From Macrostomum lignano (taxonomy: Eukaryota): DNA of 22,155 bases. This document shows, piece after piece, positions 11,101-20,412 of this stretch (positions within the stretch are counted from its first letter, which is position 1; every line of letters begins with the position of its first letter). The position numbers were made by a program, and so were the translations under genes. Where the stretch lies: assembly GCA_002269645.1 (NCBI GenBank), contig NIVC01001850.1:1-22155 (forward strand), read 5' to 3'. The notes beneath the pieces were generated by a model. The model did no database searches, was not told the DNA's origin, and worked only from the letters and a program-made list of their open reading frames with translations.

Positions 11101-11664
11101 AAGGGAAACTGCTGACGAGTGAGACACCAAACAGTAATCCTAATGGCTCACTGCATAATCTTAGCGTCATTCCGCTTCAGTTCTACAGAAAGCAAATGGT
11201 TTCAAAAACATACTCGACATCGCTTGCAGGCAGCCCAAACTGGCATCGGAGGCGTTAACGGACAGCCGGGCAGCAACGACCAAAGCACTGCGGCTACCGA
11301 TAGAAACCCTGGAGGCTGCGGAGCCGGCTGGCTTGGCAAGCCTACCGCCGCCCGCACAAGCACCGAATACGGAGACAGAGGCGGCAGTCGCGCCGACGGC
11401 TGGGTCGGCGGCAGAGCCGGAGACACGAGTCCCGCCGACGGCGGCTTCGGCGGTGGCGGAGGCGGAGGCGCGGCCACCACCAAAGGAGCGGCAGGAGCCG
11501 GCGGAGGCTACAGCGGCGGCGGAGCTGGGGCTCGCAGCGACCACGCCGGAGGAGGCGGCGGCTCCTTCTGCGGCGGCAACGGCTGCGTGGCCACAACGAG
11601 TGGCAACACGGGCAGCGAGCACGGCTTCGTGCTGCTGCAAATGATCGGCAGCGGCTGCGCTTAG
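8124..11664 (+). CDS. Gene B: complete 5-exon gene, 402-aa secreted PAN/Apple-like + ALK/LTK-type glycine-rich protein, no TM or kinase
   Basis: Exons 8124-8187 (MRQSKTLLLFAIGFCCVMVSE), 8565-8891, 9080-9409, 10260-10312 (53 nt, GRPGEAGTGGSNSFGTDD) and 11230-11664. All introns are GT-AG with phases 1,1,1,0; 1209 nt including TAG, no internal stop. PAN-like motif: SVEACAMLCGMKSCSAAVFWKSSDLCQL. Motifs collinear with the ALK/LTK Gly-rich domain: TGRIG, GCYRIQLAGAKGG, LSIVVGQAG, GGGGGGSFV, LLMAAGGGGG, GGFGGGGGG, GGGYSGG, GGSF, HGFV. N-glycosylation sequons NRT, NST, NAS, NVT, NGT, NVS. Confidence 0.9.
10806..11133 (-). mobile_element. Short solo-LTR-like element in gene B intron 4, related to both ends of the 13534-14481 LTR
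   Basis: 10905-10942 'gtagtgctgctaccagtcccttcgggtctcagccttca' vs 13629-13666 'gtagtgctgccaccagttccttcaggtctcggccttca'. Right end 'gggaaactgctgacgagtgagacaccaaaca' vs LTR end 'gggagactgctgacaaagtgggacgcctaaca'. TG...CA termini; flanks ttaat/gtaat are a possible 5-bp TSD with one mismatch. Confidence 0.65.
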
Positions 11665-13512
11665 CCGTCGATTTTGAAACGCAACTCATCTTTTCAAGCG
11701 AAAAAATGAAGGTCAAAGGAAAAACTTACTTTCGTTTTTGAGGTTTCAGTGGTTTTAAGGATGCTCTATTGTTTGTTTTTTGGATACAACGTTTATTATT
11801 TCGAATGTACGTAGTTAGACAAAACTTTTTTTCTCCCTTTAAAAGTGGGGATGTGTGTTTGAATTTCTATCGGACTGATAATCTGTGGGTTTAAGTTAGC
11901 ACAATGCTTACATTTACTATATGATTCTAAATACAGGGGCTAGCTTGTCGTGGGATTTCTGCCCCATGAGGTCCATGAAGAACTACTCTCTAGGCACAGA
12001 GTAGCTACTTATCTCGATAATTCATGCAAATATGATTTTCTATCTGAAAGTGTTCGACATGTTTCCTTACCAATTCAACTCTAAAGCTTTTTTGATTGTT
12101 TACTTACTATTGCACTCTCTGGTTAAAGTTTTATTTTTTTCAAAAGGCAGAGCATTTTTTTGACACGTGAAAATCTTAATTCAAGTTCACAATACCCTCT
12201 ACCATATAGTTACGGAAATAGCTCCGCGGATTGAAGATTGCTCAGATGAATTGAACGATTGGCCTTGAGCCAACTACATGAACGCTCGTAGTTACATCGA
12301 TTTGAGTAGTCTTCTACAAGCGGAGCTCTGGCCTTTATGAGATGAATTTTGTATTTGCACGCCTACTTTTTAGTTGAACTGGATGCATAATGTGCAGTTT
12401 TATCCAATGTTTAGCAATTATATTGTTTCATTTTGTTTTACTGTGTGACAGTGTCAAAATTCATTGATTTGTTATACTCGTATATACAATCGCATATACG
12501 AGCCTATTTTGACGAAAAGTCACCGTCCTGAATATTGTTTGGATTACAACTTGTAGTTTTACGTTTATAGAATCTATCGGTCTGTACACTGTTTGTTATA
12601 TTCTGTCTGAATTTATTTATTCAATTTTCTATTTAAGCTTCTAAATATACCATCGCTTATTTATTCAAGTAGAGCAATTCCTTCGTGAAATATAAAAAAA
12701 CTAAAAATTTTTTTTCTGAAGTATTCTTGTAATCAGTTGTTGGAATACTATATTTAAACAGCTAATATTCAGACCTGGAATATTATTCCACCTAATTCTC
12801 AAATGCCTAGGCAACACTTTTTCCTGCGCTGTTCTTCTGATAATTGTAGTTTAGTGTTGGCTCACATTGCTCGACTTGACAACTGTATTTTGCCTTGCGA
12901 AAAGCAACAAAAATGAGTTTTTTCTGAATCATAAAAACTAATATCCGTTTAACAATTGGAAATCGATCGCTTATGCTTCTAGCAATTAATGGCTGAATTT
13001 TTTTAGAGAAATATCCATTTAGCGGCCACGCAAAAGAACAGCATGCGGGATATCAGTTGTCCTGAAGAACGAAATCGAACTGAAGAAGTTTAGGAGTTAC
13101 GTGTACGAGCCATGAAGAGGCGATGCTTCAAACTTAAAGGGCTTGCAAAGTACATGCATGTATGCAGTTCCACTGAAGCCGTTCATCCCTTGTTTTAGAC
13201 TTACACTTTAGAGTGAAATGCTGCTTTAATAGAATCCAAGCCATGCAAAGCCCTTGCAGCTTCTCCAGGCCAACTGTATGTAGACTCTGTTAGCATCTTT
13301 TTGTTTCTATTACGCTCGTAGTTGCCAAGTGATCAAGAAAATTTCTCACGATCAAACAAAAAATGTCGGCGAAATCGATTCTCCGAGCTAAAACGAGAAT
13401 GCGATAGTCACGTACTTTGTGTTGTACAGCCAAAGACTTGGGCTTCCAGTTGTAAGCGCACAGTTGCTTTTGTTGTACTTGGGGTTTTCTCGGGGTGGCC
13501 TGGTAGGTCTTT

Positions 13513-13532
13513 GAATCCCACCGCTGCCACCA
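13513..13532 (-). other. Retrotransposon primer-binding site complementary to the tRNA-Leu 3' end
   Basis: Plus strand reads GAATCCCACCGCTGCCACCA, the 3' end of eukaryotic tRNA-Leu(AAG/TAG) plus CCA. On the minus strand it reads ...TACAACA t TGGTGGCAGCGGTGGGATTC, 1 nt after the LTR terminal CA. Confidence 0.85.
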
Positions 13533-13533
13533 A

Positions 13534-14481
13534 TGTTGTACCTGTGCTTCTCCTGCTGTACAGCGCAGTGATTTGGGCTCTCCGTCTTCTCACTCGGAAG
13601 CCTTCTTAGCTCTTAGTAGCTAGCGTAGGTAGTGCTGCCACCAGTTCCTTCAGGTCTCGGCCTTCAGTGAGGTGAGCTTCCCGTCGGAACGAAATAACGA
13701 AGTCAACGAACACAGCACCAAGTGCAGATTTGCAGTTCAACGTACTAGGCGTCTCGTCAGCGGTACCTGCCGGGCTTGGTTGGTAGAGGGAGGGCTGAGT
13801 TAGCCCCTCGTAGGCTTGGGGCGCTTGAGTCGGGACTCAGTCAGACCAATAAGAACAGAACTTAACGCACACAGATGGGCTGACACTCAGAACTCGCGGT
13901 CTCGGGAAAACGACTCCTTGACGGAAACAAGGGGGAGAGGGCTCCTATTTATAGCCGGGAAACACCCACGCACAAGACCTCGTGACTCGTTCTATTTTTA
14001 GAACTGACGTCACTTGAGAGTCTTGGGCAGGGTACAAGCGTGCGGAAGACCTCGTGACTCTTTCTATTTTTAAAACTGACGTCACTTGAGGTCTCCGGCC
14101 AGAGTACACGCGGCTGTGACTCAGTTGCTATTTTAGCAACATGAGTCACTCCTCTCCTTAGAGAAGGGAGGGGTCCGAAAGCACGTGATTCTCCCGGTAA
14201 ACAGGGCCAACGAGTGCAGTAAACATGTTTACTGCACTTTAGGACTCGAAGAACGCAGAGTCTGTCATGTGACTTGCTCACATTACAGAGGAAAACGGGA
14301 CGGGAACGAAACAGAGACAGCCCACAGCAGAGAAGCTGAGGGCTGAGAACAGAGACGCAGAAGGGCAGAACAGGCCAAGGGCAGCAACAGACGGGCCAAG
14401 GGGGGCGGGAAGCTGACCAGCGGCAGACAGCAACCCAGGGCGAGGGCGAGGGAGACTGCTGACAAAGTGGGACGCCTAACA
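13534..14481 (-). mobile_element. 5' LTR (~948 bp) of a truncated LTR retrotransposon, probably gypsy-type; no gag/pol present
   Basis: On the minus strand it begins TGTTAG and ends TACAACA (TGTT...AACA) and is followed by the tRNA-Leu PBS. It contains a duplicated enhancer-like repeat and a TATA box. The right end is confirmed by homology to the 11133 terminus. No coding ORF follows the PBS. Confidence 0.78.
13946..14090 (-). promoter_or_regulatory. LTR promoter: TATAAATA plus 72-bp-period direct repeat, each unit with a CRE palindrome
   Basis: TATAAATA on minus at 13953-13946. Repeat units 13974-14018 and 14046-14090 ('aagacctcgtgactc.ttctatttttaRaactgacgtcacttgag'). TGACGTCA at 14005-14012 and 14077-14084. 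Confidence 0.65.
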
Positions 14482-15312
14482 TCAACTAGCGGATCACTAC
14501 ACTTTATTTATATTTTAGTCACACTACAAAAACTACACGATCGATATTTTAGAGCCAGAGATGTCACGTGCTCAATTATACATTATACAGATAATTTATC
14601 AACCTACTTTCATGAAAGTGGCGGGGACAAGAATAATATTAATACTGTTAGCATTTACGTTATACCATACTTATAGTAGAAATATCAGCGGAACAATTAT
14701 ATTATCGTTAAGTTAACCCCTCAATATACGATACAAAACTGTTTGAATTCGTTTTCTTTACACCCAATTTTTTCTGGTCATACAAGCTACAGTCTGCATT
14801 GGAGCGTGATAGTATAATAGAGGCCTTTATAGACATCGACGGATATTGCTTTCGCAGGCGGCATTCAAGTGAACCAACGTGCACTTCACCAATACGAGGC
14901 TCACATAATGTGGCAGTACCATTTTGCATGCAAACAAATTAAAACTATTGTTTACCATTTCAGTTATGATGTTAGAATAGCTCTCTACAATTCTCTATCG
15001 AGTGCTCAAATCAAATCAAACAAGTACGCAAATATTGCCATAAAAGCATACCTCTGAAAGCTTGGATTCATTTTTTCCAACAATTTAAGCTTTAGTTTAA
15101 GAAAAAGTCTTGAAACGAGAATTAAGCATTGCACCAAATACGGAATGCTGTAAAGAAGGATTTTACAGAAAGGTACTTGTAGCAAGATTCGTACTATTAT
15201 TGTCTTGTTCAGACTTTTGTATAATTCAAACGAACAAAGAACAACTGCTCCTTTTTGCAAGCAAGCTTCAATTAGTTCAGTATGCTGTTAGAGAAGTGAG
15301 GCCTCCTTGGTC

Positions 15313-15631
15313 TCAAGGACACGAGCCAAGATTCACCAGACTCAGCAGCACAGAGCCGTGCTTGCTGGCCGTGTTGCCGCCAGCACTGCCGGTGCAGCCG
15401 CTGCCGCCGCAGAATGAGCCGCCGCCGCCTCCGCAATGGTTGCCGTAGATACCGGCTCCGCCGCCGCTGTAACCGCCGCCAGCTCCGGCTGCGCCAACGA
15501 AAGAGCTGAAGGCCGTACCAGCACCTCCTCCACCGCCGAAGCCGCCGCAGGCGATGCTGCTGCCACCGGCGCTGCCTCCAGCCCAGCTGTCGGTTTGACT
15601 ACCGCCTCGATCGCCGTCGTAGCTGTTGTAC
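15313..15631 (-). CDS. Exon C: intact terminal exon of another family member (C-terminal half of the Gly-rich domain); 5' exons not found in window
   Basis: Acceptor aattcgcag|G, then an open frame of 105 codons: YNSYDGDRGGSQTDSWAGGSAGGSSIACGGFGGGGGAGTAFSSFVGAAGAGGGYSGGGAGIYGNHCGGGGGSFCGGSGCTGSAGGNTASKHGSVLLSLVNLGSCP-TGA, collinear with the end of gene B. It is not in the ORF track in this frame because it has no start codon. Confidence 0.8.
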
Positions 15632-16093
15632 CTGCGAATTATTGATGCTCTGTGATTTTATTGACAACTAGATCAGTGATGTGACGAAAGGAATTCAGCA
15701 CTGGACTGTCTCATAATATGAAATTTTCAGCAGTAAATAAAGCAAATTTGTTTTTCGCGTCACAAAGTTGATTTGAGAGTCAATCGAACTCATCTTTTGA
15801 TATCCAGATCCAAACATATATATGCCCAGTTCCGGAGAAAATTGCTAAACATTTTACAGGTAAATGCAAAAACCTTTATGAAATATTTTATGATGCGATT
15901 TTAGGGCCGTTTTACTGGCTCTGTAATCGGTTTTACCTGATAGGGGCCCGGTGCCTCTGCCCTCTGGGTGGGGGGGGTGCGGTGTGCGTTGTGCGTGATG
16001 TTGTCAAGGACGACTTAAGTAGAAGGGCGGGAAACCTCGTTTCTTAGAAAAGTTTTGAAGGCACTTTTTCCCGAAAAAATACACTACGGAGAT

Positions 16094-16609
16094 AGGAAGT
16101 TTTCATTTTTTCAGCACAAAAATTGTTATTCGTTTGATAGGAGGCAGATCCAAAGTTCATCTTTTGATATGTTATGCCTTTTTATTGCTCTATCGATATT
16201 TATAAAGCTTTTCGTTCAGAAAATTAGGATTCTATGTTAATTTTATTCTACGTATATTTCCTGTATCTAAAAATCACAAAAATGCATGACACAGCTCCAA
16301 TATTTGGTTTTATGAACCTATTTTATCATCTCTGTTACAAATATTTGCTACACAGTCGGGTAAGAATGATAAAATAGACTCATGAAACCAAAGAGCCGAG
16401 CCGTGGCATTCTAATGTATTTCAAGCACAAGACACGCGAAAATATACGTAGAATAAAAAATTAACATAGAATCCTAATTTTCTGAACGAAAAGCTTTATG
16501 AATATCGATTGAGCAATAAAAAAGGCACAACATATCAAAAGATGAACACTAGATCTGCCTCCTATCAAACGCAATAACAATTTTTGTGCTGAAAAAATGA
16601 AAACTTCCT
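16094..16609. repeat. ~515-bp foldback / MITE-like inverted repeat
   Basis: Outer arms 16094-16260 and 16438-16609 are near-perfect reverse complements (both shadow ORFs end SIFIKLFVQKIRILC). Inner arms 16303-16329 and 16366-16392 enclose a 36-nt loop. Related fragments occur at 2621-2640 and 2736-2756. Confidence 0.9.
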
Positions 16610-17100
16610 GCATGCTTGCATGTGTAGCTAAAGGCTGAATATCCATCAGATAAATCTGTAACGAAGCCATCAGAATATCTTTTTAAAAAACAGTAAATGA
16701 GGCCTAGCTATTGCACAAATGCAGATGCAGGAAATTACAAAATGGAATATTGTTTAGGATTATATAATGACCGCATTTACATGTAGTAGCACCATGGCAC
16801 CCAATTATGGTAATTTAGATTTAAACGATTGCGATTTGAAAAAGAGAAGAAGAGAGAAAAATATCTGATAGCAAACACTGTGACGATGATTTCTGCTAAA
16901 ACTTGAATAATAGCTTTCCACTTGAATAACAGAATTTTTCGATTGCTAATTGAAGAGAATGTCAAAAGTCCAATTTGGACACTCTTACAATTTTCATAGC
17001 TGGCAATGGAGGACCGCAGGTGGCGGTGGAGTCTTTGCCATCGTCTTGGAATAATCACGATAAATTCTATCTTATATTTTTTATGTATTGTTATATTCAG

Positions 17101-18118
17101 GAAAGCCAGGCAACGTATAGAAAATAATGGAAGAAATTAAACTGGACTCCTTAGTTGCTCCACTTCAACCAGAAATGGAGATCTTGGAGGTCTTCAACAA
17201 TCCAAATAGCTCCCCTCATAAGTTTCTTGATGCTGTGCATCCGAGGCGGGGTCAGGTCGATGGCGACCGAGGCGAAAGTGTTGCTGGATTGCTTAGCAAT
17301 TGCGGTTTCGGTGGAGGCGGTGGTGGAGGATTCGGCACAGGCTCTAGCGATTGCGGTTTCGGTGGAGGCGGTGGTGGAGGATTCGGCACAGGCTCTAGCG
17401 ATTGCGGTTTCGGTGGAGGCGGTGGTGGAGGATTCGGCACAGGCTCTAGCGATTGCGGTTTCGGTGGAGGCGGTGGTGGAGGATTCGGCACAGGCTCTAG
17501 CGATTGCGGTTTCGGTGGAGGCGGTGGTGGAGGATTCGGCACAGGCTCTAGCGATTGCGGTTTCGGTGGAGGCGGTGGTGGAGGATTCGGCACAGGCTCT
17601 AGCGATTGCGGTTTCGGTGGAGGCGGTGGTGGAGGATTCGGCACAGGCTCTAGCGATTGCGGTTTCGGTGGAGGCGGTGGTGGAGGATTCGGCACAGGCT
17701 CTAGCAATTGCGGTTTCGGTGGAGGCGGTGGTGGAGGATTCGGCACAGGCTCTAGCGATTGCGGTTTCGGTGGAGGCGGTGGTGGAGGATTCGGCACAGG
17801 ATCTAGCGATTGCGGTTTCGGTGGAGGCGGTGGTGGAGGATTCGGCACAGGATCTAGCGATTGCGGTTTCGGTGGAGGCGGTGGTGGAGGATTCGGCACA
17901 GGATCTAGCGATTGCGGTTTCGGTGGAGGCGGTGGTGGAGGATTCGGCTCAGGCTCTAGCGATTGCGGTTTCGGTGCAGATGCGGCGGTTACAACGGTGG
18001 TGGAGTCGGTCTGTGTGGCGGTCAGGCCGGTGGCGGCGGCTCGTTCTGCAGCGGAAATGTTGGTAGAGAGCAGGACCGAGTAGTTCTGCGTCTGCTGGCC
18101 GCTCACCCAAACAGGTGA
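17101..18118 (+). pseudogene. Remnant D: degenerate 3' part of a family member with a 51-bp repeat expansion
   Basis: ttcag|GAAAGCCAGGC gives GKPGN (exon-4-like) followed by an in-frame TAG. DGDRG at ~17259 and CGFGGGGGGG follow. After a 1-nt slip near 17982 the homologous frame continues GGYNGGGVGLCGGQAGGGGSFCSGNVGREQDRVVLRLLAAHPNR-TGA (18116-18118). Several deletions relative to B. A possible exon-3 end remnant (TAGGGGVFAI) lies at 17013-17042. Confidence 0.75.
17298..17975 (+). repeat. Tandem array, 13 full + 1 partial copy of a 51-bp unit encoding DCGFGGGGGGGFGTGSS
   Basis: Unit GATTGCGGTTTCGGTGGAGGCGGTGGTGGAGGATTCGGCACAGGCTCTAGC; unit starts at 17298, 17349 ... 17961. Variants: AAT in units 1 and 9; GGA for GGC in units 10-12; TCA for ACA in unit 13. 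Confidence 0.98.
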
Positions 18119-19560
18119 TGACTGCGCTACTATTTTTGCTCGATCCAAGAGTTTGTCCGTTGATTCTTGTTCAAACGTGTTCATATTGAAAGAGAGGCTT
18201 CGAAATTAATCCATGTACATATGAAATCTACTTTTACCAACTTCCTAAAACCTTTTGCCTGTTAAGAATTTGTTTTATTGACTCATTTCTCCATACTAAA
18301 CTAAAGCAGTAGTGTTGACCGTCTTTGATCGTTATATTTTGCAACGGATTGTGAGTAATTTAACCATCCATAACAGCTTTTATAGTCACGTGTACTATTG
18401 TCTGAAACTGTATCGTAACTTCTACACATAAATTGTATCTGACACATTAATATAATGATGATGATGGATTTGTAATGATCGTACATGACCGGTAATCAGT
18501 GATGACCTTTGAAAATTTAACTTCCATTACCGTACATTCCATTAGCGTACTTTAACTTTTCCGCAAAATTCTAGAACGTTCCATAGCGCAATAAAATATC
18601 TTTAAACAAATCAGATACAAAATTCATAATATAAATGCACTTCTCCTTTATTTCAGTGAAATAATGAAACTATATTTTATGTAATTGATTTGCTATTACT
18701 ACAATTTTCCCGAACATTTCCCGAACAGAATATTTTACGGCTCATCCAGTATAAATTTACAGCAGGTATTCAACGACACCAATGTAACTTTAATGGAAAA
18801 TGCCCTTATTTTGTAGTAAACAAGTGAGCCAATGAGCTAAGCTTTATATACCAAAACCCATTGCAATGTCAAAATAGCAGCCTTACATCGCCAAAGATGC
18901 GGCCCTTTCAACTAGCTGAGCGGGTGAAGTGCTTGAGACAAGAGGGTAAGGCAAATCCAGGCCCTTCATGAAAAATTGCTAGCAAGCAGTTGCAGCTGGG
19001 AAAAAGAAAAACTCAATCCGTGAGAATTACCTTAAAGAAGGAAAAGTTCCTGCAATTTAAAATTTCTATCCGTCAGGACTGTATGCAGCACTATATGCAT
19101 CATGATATTAACTTTTGTTAATAGCATTAACGGTTGGTATTTTAATTCTTTCGTTTAAAAAATTTGCATATTTAACCTTGTGACTTAGAGCTTATACATT
19201 AAATATACTTGAAATCTATTAATCTTGTAGACTAAATGGGTACAGTAAAGCAGTGCCAAACTTAGTTATGAATTCAAATTTTGTAGCTGCTACATACATA
19301 GATTCGAATATCTACCAGAACAATATTTGAAGTTTATTTACAGCTGTACATGTGCTGTGCTTGGGAGCAGAGCTGGAAAATGTCAGTGTTTCGTTACTTT
19401 AGTTTCGCATGCATCAAATAAAGTACCTTATATTAGGAGCTTTGCCTCAGCTTGCTTGTGCTACGAGCGTTAGAATATTTGTGCCTCAGTCATATATGGC
19501 TGCATCTGATCTCGTTCTGAGTTCACGCTCAAAAATAAAAAAAATCTTGCTCTCTCGAGA

Positions 19561-19763
19561 CAAGGAGTACAGAAAACTCAGGACGCAGAACTTAAACTTG
19601 GTATGACTTTTTACCATTCTAAGATCAGTTATATTGCTAACCTTGAAAAGTTATTGTTATGCTAATTAGTTAGACTTTTTACCATAGAGAATGCTTTCAT
19701 ACGCGCATTGGAAAATTTCTACAAAGTTTAAGTTCCGCGTCCTGAGTTTTACAGTAGTCCTTG
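19561..19763. mobile_element. MITE-like element 1 (~200 bp, ~39-bp terminal inverted repeats)
   Basis: 19561-19599 caaggagtacagaaaactcaggacgcagaacttaaactt vs 19724-19763 aagtttaagttccgcgtcctgagttttacagtagtccttg. Absent from the paralogous site near 7620. Confidence 0.7.
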
Positions 19764-19955
19764 GGCCGTATGCAGAAAGCCTAGTCCAGACTAGCTAGTC
19801 CGGACTTGGGTAGTTCAGTCTATAGTCTATGGTCTAGCTAGCCTAGTTCTGCTATAGTAGACTGGTCTAACTTTGTATTTCTGCATACCAAATCCAAGTC
19901 TAGACTAGCTTTTCAAGACCGGACTACCCTGGACAGAGCTTTCTGCATACGGCCC
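19763..19955. mobile_element. MITE-like element 2 (~190 bp, perfect 18-bp terminal inverted repeats)
   Basis: gggccgtatgcagaaagc ... gctttctgcatacggccc; interior rich in repeated ctag/agtcc/agact motifs. Absent near 7620. No TSD recognised. Confidence 0.7.
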
Positions 19956-20412
19956 ATAGGCTTAGCAAATAGCCCGAGAAGCATGAGGACTTGAAGACTA
20001 ATAGTTCAGAAAAGGTCTTACTATAAGAAGAAGCGTCATCGGATTCAAAAGGTGAAGTAGGACGAAAAGGAAGAAAATCTAGTAGAAAAGGGAAACTGAG
20101 GGAAAAGCCCTAACCAAACTAAAAAAACTTTTCGACAATTAGAAAGTCTGAGAGTCAGAGAAGAATCCCTCTCTGGATGGACGTAAAAATTCAGTTTAAA
20201 TGTACTGCAGAGACATGACCTGAATGGGGACTGGGGACAGAGACACTGAGTCTTACTTTGCGCACCTTGACAACGGGACAGCAAATAAAACAAGTGAAGG
20301 TCAGTTGAGAAAATGTAAAACAGTAAAGCTTTGGGAGCGGGATACAGCACCTCATTACCATTCTCACTCACAATTTCAGTACTGAGAGTCGGCAAACACA
20401 CAACTTTAGAAG

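Noticed and set aside
11230-11234. Alternative exon-5 acceptor at 11233 to join directly to exon 3
   Set aside because: Not needed once the 53-nt exon 10260-10312 is included; the first CAG (11229) is then in frame.
8124-11664. Naming gene B as ALK/LTK, PE-PGRS or loricrin
   Set aside because: No TM or kinase domain, so not an ALK/LTK ortholog. PE-PGRS and loricrin similarity would be compositional only. Gene symbol left empty.
11167-11716. Several Ala/Pro/Arg-rich ORFs overlapping 11.1-11.7 kb, and similar ones at 9128-9513, 15110-15645, 2090-2413, 8584-8877 and 20828-21121
   Set aside because: Antisense or off-frame readings of GC-rich family exons.
13513-13532. tRNA-Leu gene
   Set aside because: Only the 3' 20 nt including CCA are present, directly next to an LTR end. 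It is a primer-binding site.
13949-14485. 178-aa minus-strand ORF as gag
   Set aside because: Lies entirely within the LTR, has low-complexity Cys/Pro/Leu composition and shows no gag motifs.
17241-17246. GAG acceptor in D at the same position as exon C's acceptor
   Set aside because: Sequence upstream of it aligns with coding-derived remnant F (AVLSRLG vs AVHPRRG), so D was continuous here.
17298-17975. CRISPR-like array
   Set aside because: Head-to-tail repeats with no unique spacers, in a eukaryotic context with no cas genes.
17252-18184. 310-aa Pro-rich (extensin-like) ORF on minus and 303-aa AIAVSVEAVVEDSAQAL ORF on plus
   Set aside because: Both are shadow frames of the stop-poor 51-bp array. 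Only the Gly frame has family homology on both sides of the array.
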